Part shown: piece by piece, positions 56,426 to 64,000 of the stretch
Numbering within the stretch: position 1 is the stretch's first letter
How the letters are laid out: the number at the start of each line of letters is the position of its first letter
Source: Nannocystales bacterium
Lineage (GTDB): Bacteria; Myxococcota_A; Polyangia; Nannocystales; Nannocystaceae
Assembly: GCA_050633305.1 (NCBI GenBank)
Contig: JBOEGF010000024.1
Span: 32,001-96,000, forward strand
Direction: 5' to 3'
Length of the DNA stretch: 64,000 nucleotides
The notes under the pieces: model-generated
Database searches by the model: none
What the model was told of the DNA's origin: nothing
Seen by the model: the letters and a program-made list of their open reading frames with translations, nothing else
Program-made: the position numbers and the translations under genes

Positions 56426-57664
56426 ATGAAGATCCTCTACCTCCACCAGTACTTCATCTCGCCCTCCGGAGCGGGGGGCACTCGGTCCTACGAACTCGCT
56501 CGGAGGCTCGTCCGCCGTGGGCATGACGTCACGCTGGTCACGTCAAATGCCTTCATGCCCGAGCACGCGAACCTTCAGGACCGTCACGAGTCCACCATCG
56601 AGGGGTTTAAACTCGTGGTGCTTCCGGTCGCGTACACGCAGAGCATGTCGTACGCCCGCCGTACCCGGTCGTTCTTCTCGTTCGCCGCGGCCGCGGCCCG
56701 GGAATGCCTCCGGCACGATGCGGACGTTGTCTTCGCGACATCGACGCCGCTGACCGTCGCCCTTCCCGGGCTCTTCGCTCGGCTCAAGACCGGGGCCCCG
56801 ATGGTGTTCGAGGTCCGCGATCTGTGGCCCGAGCTCCCCATCGCGATGGGGGCGATCAAGAACCCCGTCGCAAAAGTTGCCGCGCGGACACTCGAGTGGG
56901 TCGCGTACCACGGGAGTGAGCAGGTCGTCGCGCTGTCTCCGGGCATGGCCCGAGGCGTCGAGGCCCGCGGCATCCCGGCGAACCGCGTGACGGTGATCCC
57001 CAACGGTTGCGATGTGGACGTGGGTCACATCCCGGCGGAGGACCTCGCTGCGTATCGACGCTCGCTGTTGCCCGAGGTCCGACCCGACCAGCCGCTGTTG
57101 GTGTACGGCGGGTCGATGGGGGTCGCGCACGATCCTGGATGGCTCGTCGAGGTCGCGGCGAAGATGCAGACCGTCGACCCCGACGTCCGCTTCGCGTTGG
57201 TGGGAAAGGGGGCCATTGTCGAGGACCTCCGCGCCCGAGCGGAAGCCCTAGGGGTGCTGGGGAAGAACCTGTTCATTCCCGGCCCGATCCCCAAGAGCGA
57301 CATTCCCAAGCTCCTTCGCTCGGCCCAGATGGCGGTCTCGACCATGGCACCGCTGCCCGAGCTCGAAGACAACAGCGCCAACAAGTTCTTTGATGCGCTC
57401 GCCAATGGGGTTCCGGTTGCCTTGAACTACGGCGGCTGGCAAGCGGACCTCGTTCGTCAGTACGGGGCGGGCCTTGTGCTTCGGCAGTCGAAGCCCGCGG
57501 AGTCCGCTCAGCGACTCGCCGCGACGCTTCGCGATGAGACAGCCCTTGCCTCGATGAAGGTCGGTGCAGCGGCATTGGCCCGCGAACACTTCGACCGGGA
57601 AAACCTCACCTCCGCCCTCGAAGGCGTGCTCAGTGAGGCCGTGCAGACGCACGCCGCGGCGTAG
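56426..57664 (+). CDS. GT4 glycosyltransferase (WbuB-like)
   Basis: MKILYLHQYF..GGTRS, FEVRDLWPE and ANKFFDALA. Confidence 0.92.
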   Translation: MKILYLHQYFISPSGAGGTRSYELARRLVRRGHDVTLVTSNAFMPEHANLQDRHESTIEGFKLVVLPVAYTQSMSYARRTRSFFSFAAAAARECLRHDADVVFATSTPLTVALPGLFARLKTGAPMVFEVRDLWPELPIAMGAIKNPVAKVAARTLEWVAYHGSEQVVALSPGMARGVEARGIPANRVTVIPNGCDVDVGHIPAEDLAAYRRSLLPEVRPDQPLLVYGGSMGVAHDPGWLVEVAAKMQTVDPDVRFALVGKGAIVEDLRARAEALGVLGKNLFIPGPIPKSDIPKLLRSAQMAVSTMAPLPELEDNSANKFFDALANGVPVALNYGGWQADLVRQYGAGLVLRQSKPAESAQRLAATLRDETALASMKVGAAALAREHFDRENLTSALEGVLSEAVQTHAAA

Positions 57665-57778
57665 CTCGTCGCGGAGCAGGGGTCCTCGGAGGCCAGGGCG
57701 GTTGTTCACCGGACAACGACGCGTGCTCGGTCTCTGAGCGGGCAAGCGCCGTTGGGGCCACGAGCGCTGCGGCGGTTG

Positions 57779-58076
57779 TCAGGGCGTAGCCACGGCCTGT
57801 TTGGACGCAGTGAGCCGGTCGGTGACGGCTTGGAGTTTCGGCGGGTCGAGTTGGTCGAACTCACGGAGGTCATGTCGTGCGAGCGCGATCCATGCCTCGG
57901 CGCCATCCAGGTCCAACTCCAAGGTCTGATCCCACATCCGCGCCGTGCCGCTTGAGTGCCCATGACGGATCCTCGAGCGTGTTCGGGGGCTCCGCGGACT
58001 CGATGACGTCGGCACCCTCCCGCGCAGTGGCCGACGTGGAGCCGGAGCAGCCGGGAAGGAAGGCGAAGCCGAGCAT
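57779..58076 (-). pseudogene. Frameshifted small lipoprotein remnant
   Basis: MLGFAFLPGC..NTLEDP in one frame continues as WDQTLELDLDGAEAWIALARHDL.. in another. Both halves are GC3-rich. Confidence 0.35.
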
Positions 58077-58211
58077 CGCCTTCACACAGACGCGACATGG
58101 CGGGCGACGGGGGACGAATTGCACACGAGGAGAGCTTCCCCGCGAGCGGTTCACCGCGCTGCGGGTCGAGGCCCGTAGCGCGGTGTACTCGAGTCCCGCT
58201 CGGTCGTGCGC

Positions 58212-59426
58212 TCAGCGCCGGGCGACTCGCATGACGCGGTCGACCGCCTCTGCCACGTCATCCATGTCGGTTGCCGTACACGTGTGCTGGACCTTGAAAC
58301 ACAAGGACGTCTCTCCCAGTGCCTTGGTGAGGGGCAGGTGGCGGGCCTTGGGACGCCAGCGCTCGGGAAACGCTGCTTCGAGATAGATCTCCGAGCAGCT
58401 TCCGCTTTGGCACGGAACACCCTCGGCCTCGATCGCGGCCATCAAGCGGTCACGACTCCAACCTTCGGCGAGCATCGGCGTGCGCACGTAAGCGTAGAGG
58501 CGATAGTAGGCATGACGGACCCCTGGGCCTGGCGTGGGAACCCGCAACGTGTCGTGGGTCTTCAGCCGAGCGATCAAGCGATGCGCGTTCTCCCGTCGGT
58601 CATCGACCCAACCGGGCAGCTTGCTCAGCTGCACTCGACCGATCGCCGACTGCATCTCGGTCATGCGGGCGTTGCTGCCGACCGACTCGTGCAGCCAGCG
58701 GAACCCGGGAGGATGTTCTCGCTCGTAGACGGCATCCCAACTCTTGCCGTGGTCCTTTCGGCTCCACATCCGCGACCAGATGTCTCGGTCCGAGGTGGTC
58801 ACCATGCCGCCTTCGCCACCGGAGGTCATGATCTTGTCCTGGCAGAAAGAGAAGGCGGCGGCGTCGCCAAACGACCCGACCGACCGACCTGCGATCTTCG
58901 CGTCGTGGGCCTGCGCGCAGTCCTCGATCAGTGCCCAGCCCTTGCGGTCACACAGCGCGCGGATCTCCGACATCTCGGCCGGCCACCCGGCGACGTGGAC
59001 GACGATGACCGCGCGGGTCCGATGGGTGGACGCCGCTTCGATACTGGCAGCGGTGACGTTGCCCGTATCCGCGCAGACGTCGGCGAACTGAGGTCGACCT
59101 CCGCTGAGCACGACGGCGTGCGCGGTCGCGACGAAGGTTCGCGACGGCACCACGACGCCGTCTCCGGTGCTCAGACCGATGCCGTGGAGGCACAGCTCGA
59201 GTGCGACCGTCCCGTTGCTACACGCGATCGCGTGCGGCACACCGACAAACCCTGCGAACTCTCGTTCGAAAGCTCGACCGACGGACCCGGTCCAGTAGTT
59301 CACTTTCCCCGACGCCAGCACTTCGGTGCAGGCGGCCACTTCGTCGGCGGGAAAGGTCGGCCAGGCCGGCCACGCGGTGGTGCGGACAGGTGCACCACCA
59401 TCAACTGCGAGTTTGTTGAGATCCAA
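58212..59426 (-). CDS. DegT/DnrJ/EryC1/StrS sugar aminotransferase (PglE-like)
   Basis: NGTVALEL, IEDCAQAH and FSFCQDKIMTSGGEGG (PLP lysine). Confidence 0.93.
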   Translation of the reverse strand: MDLNKLAVDGGAPVRTTAWPAWPTFPADEVAACTEVLASGKVNYWTGSVGRAFEREFAGFVGVPHAIACSNGTVALELCLHGIGLSTGDGVVVPSRTFVATAHAVVLSGGRPQFADVCADTGNVTAASIEAASTHRTRAVIVVHVAGWPAEMSEIRALCDRKGWALIEDCAQAHDAKIAGRSVGSFGDAAAFSFCQDKIMTSGGEGGMVTTSDRDIWSRMWSRKDHGKSWDAVYEREHPPGFRWLHESVGSNARMTEMQSAIGRVQLSKLPGWVDDRRENAHRLIARLKTHDTLRVPTPGPGVRHAYYRLYAYVRTPMLAEGWSRDRLMAAIEAEGVPCQSGSCSEIYLEAAFPERWRPKARHLPLTKALGETSLCFKVQHTCTATDMDDVAEAVDRVMRVARR

Positions 59427-59543
59427 CGCTGCTACCACGGGAGTTTTCCAGACATGAAGGAACGCTCCATTCCTCATGGGCCCGCGCGTGGGCCGAAACC
59501 AGTGGCAGGGCGACCCAACCTGGGCCAGTCGAACCGTGAGGCA

Positions 59544-59566
59544 GCCCTCGGCGCGGAACCGAGGGC
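59544..59566 (-). terminator. Possible terminator hairpin after lysS
   Basis: GCCCTCGG-7nt-CCGAGGGC about 10 bp past the lysS stop. No clear T tract. Confidence 0.35.
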
Positions 59567-59574
59567 GCCCGTGA

Positions 59575-61203
59575 CTACACAGAAGGTCGCAGCAACGGCA
59601 GCGCGCGGGCGGGCGTCATGATCGCCAGCAACGTGCTCATCTTGGGCCCGCGGTCGCGGTCGAGCAGCAGATCGTAGACGACCGGGAAGAAGGCTTTCAT
59701 GTCGACGCCGCTGTGCGACAGGGCCTTCATCTTTTCGCCGATGGAGGTCTCGGTCGCGTCCGGGTCCGCCTCGAGAATCTCCACCAAGCTCTGGAGCGGT
59801 CCACGCTGGGCCTCGGGGATCTCGCGGGTCACCGGCTCGGTTCGGATCCGATACCGGAAGTCCTCAGGGGCGTATCGCTCGACCCAGTTCCACACGCAGC
59901 GGGCTCGGGCTTCGAACCGCGCTCGGTCGGCTTCGGGCAGCTCACCGGAGCTCACGAAGTAGTCCGCGGCACCACAGATGTCTCCGTCGTAGGTCTGCAA
60001 GACGGTGCTCAAATGGCGGAAGGCGATGAGCGTGGGCGCGGCGCTGCCCGGTTCGATCCTGCGCGCAGAGACGGACGCGAGCTCGAGCACGCGCCGGGCG
60101 GTCTGCCGCTTCTTGTCCTTTTTGCCGCCGTCTTCAGCCTCGTGGGCCAGCCGCACTGCGCGGTCGTAGTCCTCGTAGAGCTTGATGACGTCCAGGTCGA
60201 AGGAAATCGCGAACTCGGTGTTGGGTCGGTAGCCCGCAAACAACCACCGCAACACCTCGGGCTCGTAGACCTCGAGACAGGTGGTGACATCGACGACGCC
60301 GCCTTTGCTGGAGCTGAGCTTTCCACCTTGGCCTTTGGCGGACACGAAGTCGTAGCCGACGTACTGCGGCGCGGACCAGCTGTAGACGTCACGCACGATG
60401 CCCTTGGCGGTGTCGTAGCTACCACCGGCGGAGCTGTGGTCCTTGCCGCCCGGCTCGAAGGCGACTTGCTCGTAGCCCCAGCGCATCGGCCAATCCACCC
60501 GCCACGGCAGCTTGAGGTTGCCGCCCTTGCGGAGGTCGACAGCCTCGTCGTGACCGCATGCGTTGCAGTGCACGTCGACGGTCCAGTCCCCATCGTAGGA
60601 AAAGGCGAGGTCGTCCTTGCCGCACGAGCTACAGAAACCGGCGAGCGGCAGCCAGTCGTCCGCGATTCGGGTGCGAGCTCCGGTGGCTTCGCGTGCGGCG
60701 TTGATCAGGTCACGAATCTGCTCGGCGTTCTGCAGCGCGGCTCGAATGCCGTCGGCGTACTTGCCCCCGCGATACATGGCGTGCTGCCGAATGAACTCGG
60801 GCTCGATCCCCAGCGGACCGATGCTGTCCTCAAAACGCGCGATGTTGTGGGCGGCGTAGCTCTCGTGTGTGCCCCAGGGATCGGGCACGTCCGCGATGCT
60901 CTTGCCCAGAGACTCCGTGAGCATCTCCTGCTCCGGCGCATCCTTGGGCACCTTGCGAAGGACGTCGAAGTCGTCCCACGAGTAGATGAAGCGGACTTCG
61001 ACCCCGCGGTCGGCGAGGGCCCGTGCGACCAAGTCGACGGTGATGACCTCGCGAAAGTTTCCGATGTGCACCACGCCCGAGGGCGTGATGCCGGCTGCAA
61101 CCACGATGCGTTTCGCGTCGGGGTGAGCGCGCAGCGTCTTGTCCGCTGCGTGATCGGCCCAGTGGTTGAGATAGGGATCTCGCTCGCTGCGGTCACCAGT
61201 CAT
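59575..61203 (-). CDS. lysS: Lysine--tRNA ligase, class I
   Basis: HWAD, GITPSGVVHIGNFRE (HIGH), KLPWRVDWPMRW, FEPGGKDH, KLSSSKG (KMSKS) and RGPKM. Confidence 0.96.
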   Translation of the reverse strand: MTGDRSERDPYLNHWADHAADKTLRAHPDAKRIVVAAGITPSGVVHIGNFREVITVDLVARALADRGVEVRFIYSWDDFDVLRKVPKDAPEQEMLTESLGKSIADVPDPWGTHESYAAHNIARFEDSIGPLGIEPEFIRQHAMYRGGKYADGIRAALQNAEQIRDLINAAREATGARTRIADDWLPLAGFCSSCGKDDLAFSYDGDWTVDVHCNACGHDEAVDLRKGGNLKLPWRVDWPMRWGYEQVAFEPGGKDHSSAGGSYDTAKGIVRDVYSWSAPQYVGYDFVSAKGQGGKLSSSKGGVVDVTTCLEVYEPEVLRWLFAGYRPNTEFAISFDLDVIKLYEDYDRAVRLAHEAEDGGKKDKKRQTARRVLELASVSARRIEPGSAAPTLIAFRHLSTVLQTYDGDICGAADYFVSSGELPEADRARFEARARCVWNWVERYAPEDFRYRIRTEPVTREIPEAQRGPLQSLVEILEADPDATETSIGEKMKALSHSGVDMKAFFPVVYDLLLDRDRGPKMSTLLAIMTPARALPLLRPSV

Positions 61204-61266
61204 CGACGGACCGTACACCGGATCTGGCAGATCCGGCACATCGGCTCCGCCAGCCTACGCGGCGTC

Positions 61267-62121
61267 TCACTTGGGAAGCTTGCAGCCGAACTTGTCTGCG
61301 AGACCCCGGGGTCCTTCGACCAAGAAGTCGGACACGCCCGCCTTGGTGAAGTGGGTGTACGAGGCCGTGGCGTGGGTGCAGATCCCCGGCTTGTCACCCT
61401 GGTAGCGGGAGACGGCGGCGAGGCCTTCCTCCACCCGGCCCATCAAGGCGTCGGTCTCCTTGCCCGCTTTGGCGACGTCGGCGGCAGCGGCGTAGGCTTC
61501 CTTGGCGGAGACGAGATCCTCGGGGTTCTCGACCTGGTCGCTGGCCGAGCTCCCGAATGCGCTGCCGATGAGGGACTCGGCCCGCAGGATGTTGGCCAGG
61601 GCGCCCGCGACGGTCTTGGGCGCGGCCCCGGCTGCGTTGGTGAACGCGGCTTGTGCAGCCTCGTAGTCTTCGTTGCCCAGGAGCATGGCGCCGTGGGCGA
61701 GCTGCGCAACGGCTTTGACCTCGGGGTCCTGGGTGCGGTCGGCCATCTCCAGGCCGTGCTTGCTCGGCTCCTGCCCGCTCTCAAACACGATCTGCGCGTG
61801 GGCGAGGGCGAGCCATCCGCCGGCGAGTCCGCTCGCGCGGTACTGCTTGCGCTCCTTGAGGTCCGCGTACAGGGGCGTCAGAAGGTCGATCGCTTCCTGG
61901 TAGTGCCCTAGCAGGTACTGGTGGGCGCCCTCAGCGATCTGCGGAGGGTCCGGCTCTTGCGGGACGTCCGGCTCGATCGGTTCTTTGGGGGTCTCTTCGA
62001 CGGCGGGGGTGTCTGCCACATCGCCGGGGGTTGCGACGTCGTCCGGGGACGTCGGAGGCTTCTTGTCCTTGCCGCATGCCAGCGGCGCGAGCAGAGCGAG
62101 GGAGATGACGAGGCGTTTCAT
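61267..62121 (-). CDS. Helical (TPR-like) lipoprotein
   Basis: APLAC lipobox, Pro-rich linker and Ala-rich helical repeats. Start overlaps the upstream stop (ATGA). Confidence 0.8.
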   Translation of the reverse strand: MKRLVISLALLAPLACGKDKKPPTSPDDVATPGDVADTPAVEETPKEPIEPDVPQEPDPPQIAEGAHQYLLGHYQEAIDLLTPLYADLKERKQYRASGLAGGWLALAHAQIVFESGQEPSKHGLEMADRTQDPEVKAVAQLAHGAMLLGNEDYEAAQAAFTNAAGAAPKTVAGALANILRAESLIGSAFGSSASDQVENPEDLVSAKEAYAAAADVAKAGKETDALMGRVEEGLAAVSRYQGDKPGICTHATASYTHFTKAGVSDFLVEGPRGLADKFGCKLPK

Positions 62122-62855
62122 GGCTGCGCGGTGTCTGAAGGAGGGGCGGCTTCGTCGGCTTGGGGCTCGGATGCAGGCCGCTCGAGCAGTCGCATGTCGA
62201 GCCCGTCGACGAGGGTGAGCGTACCGTAGACCCGCTCGCTGGGGTGGCCCTCGGCGCCGGTGGGCGCCTCGGGTGTGAAGTGCCCCAGTACCTCGATTCG
62301 GTCGCCCAGATACAAAGAGACGTTCTCGTGGTGAAAGCTGTGCTTCTCCGAAGCGGCGATCACGTAGGCGTTCTCGAGGTCTTCGATGCTGACCGAGCCC
62401 GCGTCGTCTTGCAGGAAGACCATCTCCGCACCCACGGCCGAGGCCGCGCTGGCGCCCGCCCGGTTTCTCCACACGCACTCACGTCCAGGGACACCACCCA
62501 GATTCTCCGACGCATTGACCAGCACCCCTTGCAGCCGAACGGGCCCGGGTTTTGCGGTCGCCGTCGTGCTCGGTTCGCGGGCTTCGAGTCTCTTGACGGT
62601 GGCCCGCCATCGTTCGCTTCGTTTGCGAGGTTGGTCGAAGAACACCCGTCCTCGGGGGCGCAGGGCGGAGGTGCCACGCTCTTTGGAAACGCGGCGCGAG
62701 CCCACCCAGAAGACCAACACCGCCACGGGCACCAGTAGGGCCAGCATGAACAGCGGCCCGCCGGAGTCCGCGAGCATCGAGAACGGGTCGCCGTCGGCTG
62801 CCGTGGGGACCGGACTCGGTTCACCCGTGAAGAGGAGCAGGACCTGCGTGATCAC
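62118..62855 (-). CDS. Membrane protein with GIDE-like domain
   Basis: TM, then PGPVRLQG..GRECVW..FLQDDAGSVSI..LYLGDRIEVLG. GTGA overlap with the upstream gene. Confidence 0.65.
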   Translation of the reverse strand: MITQVLLLFTGEPSPVPTAADGDPFSMLADSGGPLFMLALLVPVAVLVFWVGSRRVSKERGTSALRPRGRVFFDQPRKRSERWRATVKRLEAREPSTTATAKPGPVRLQGVLVNASENLGGVPGRECVWRNRAGASAASAVGAEMVFLQDDAGSVSIEDLENAYVIAASEKHSFHHENVSLYLGDRIEVLGHFTPEAPTGAEGHPSERVYGTLTLVDGLDMRLLERPASEPQADEAAPPSDTAQP

Positions 62856-64000
62856 CAGAATGCCTCGGACAGGCCCAGCTTGAAGTGGCCTTCCGACTTG
62901 CCCTGAGTCCCGGAGCCGACCTTGCCCTTGACCAACGACCGTCCCACTTGGCCGGGCCCGATTTCGTCGATCTTTGCGCCGAGAAGCGTGGGGCCACCGG
63001 TGAAGGCTGCGCTGGGGATGACGTCCTTGACCGGCACGGTGCTGCGGTTGTGAACCTTGATCACCCAGTGCACGCGGTCCCCCCACATCACCGCATCGCC
63101 GTCGACCTCGAGCTCGACCATGGGGCCGATGTCGTAGGCGCGGTTGGGGCGGGTCTCGCTGGCCCGTGGCACGAGCAGCATTCGCCCGCCTTGGAAATCG
63201 ATGCGCGCCAGGAACCGGCGCATGACGTTCTGGCCAAGCAGCCCGGTGTGGCGGCCGTTGATGCACTTGTCGCAGACCGACACGACGAGGCCTTCGATTC
63301 GAACCTGCCCAACCCGAAGCGCCGGCAGGTAGACCATTCGGCTTTCACGACGGCCCTTGGCGGTGTCGAACTCGAGGATGGGTGCGTCGGCGGGGATCTG
63401 GATCCCAAGCTCGGATGCGGCTTGGCTGCTGATCGTCGTGTACGAAGCCCCGGTGTCGAACAGGTAGGTCTTCTTCGCGTGACGGCCCCCGTACCCTTCG
63501 AGGCCGACATCGACGAAGATCGCGGTGCCCTGCTCTTCGAGCGGCACGCTGATCGCCTTTGCGAGCTCGACGTCGGTCGAGCGGCGCGGCAACGCAGAAA
63601 CGCCTCGGTCGGGGACCGTGGGGACCGGCTCAGGGTCGACGACGTCGGCGGTGTGGTGTCCCAACGCCGACATCACCCGTGTCGCGGAATGGGATTCACC
63701 CAGCGTCTCGGATGCGATGTTGGAGCCTTGCCCCCGCAGCGCCGCGCCGACGATGTCGGGGACGAGCTGGGCGACCACCAGGAGACCTATCGTGTTCCAG
63801 ACCATCGGGAGCCAAGCCATCGTCAGGCTGATCCGACGGGGCTGTTGTTGGTGCTTCCATGCCGCGAGGGCGAAGGGGAGTCCGAGGGTGAGGGCGATCG
63901 CGGTAAACCAGTGAAGGACGGCGTTTCCACCTCCATCGGCGGCAGCGCGCGACAACGACAGGACAACCCATAGGGCCACGACCGCGCTCGCGAGCGAGCC
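62852..64000 (-). CDS. Membrane-anchored retropepsin-like (clan AA) aspartic protease (5' end off window)
   Basis: N-terminal TMs, YLFDTGASYTTIS and GLLGQNVM. Confidence 0.9.
   Translation of the reverse strand, partial: GSLASAVVALWVVLSLSRAAADGGGNAVLHWFTAIALTLGLPFALAAWKHQQQPRRISLTMAWLPMVWNTIGLLVVAQLVPDIVGAALRGQGSNIASETLGESHSATRVMSALGHHTADVVDPEPVPTVPDRGVSALPRRSTDVELAKAISVPLEEQGTAIFVDVGLEGYGGRHAKKTYLFDTGASYTTISSQAASELGIQIPADAPILEFDTAKGRRESRMVYLPALRVGQVRIEGLVVSVCDKCINGRHTGLLGQNVMRRFLARIDFQGGRMLLVPRASETRPNRAYDIGPMVELEVDGDAVMWGDRVHWVIKVHNRSTVPVKDVIPSAAFTGGPTLLGAKIDEIGPGQVGRSLVKGKVGSGTQGKSEGHFKLGLSEAFW

Noticed and set aside
59713..61911. 732-aa plus-strand ORF
   Set aside because: Antisense shadow of lysS and the adjacent lipoprotein gene.

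Overview
High-GC bacterial DNA, most likely from a myxobacterium (Myxococcota, Nannocystaceae-like). This rests on a MYXO-CTERM-tailed DUF2330 protein, AgmX/PglI-type lipoproteins, a TraB-like OmpA/TSP3 protein and many Ser/Thr-linker lipoproteins. About 50 CDSs are supportable. They cover housekeeping and envelope genes (ugd, galE, class I lysS, moaB, mscS, two rhomboids, M23 and S41 peptidases, a type IV pilin, an FHA-GGDEF cyclase), a partial polysaccharide cluster (PHP phosphatase, wza, PglF-like, GT4, DegT-like) and many secreted lipoproteins. I saw no rRNA, tRNA, CRISPR array or intact mobile element. The most interesting signals are non-coding or decayed. (1) A 112-nt element at 3638-3749 has retron msr/msd-like topology and sits beside a frameshifted helical-repeat gene, with no RT in the window. 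(2) A ~205-nt long-stem element lies directly upstream of a solitary small HNH nuclease (19614-20320). (3) A patch of decayed genes spans 3.6-8.1 kb. (4) A four-gene lipoprotein/barrel/HTTM/SdpA-like operon lies at 49.6-52.5 kb. All family calls are by-eye motif recognition, RNA structures were paired by hand, and many start codons are estimates.
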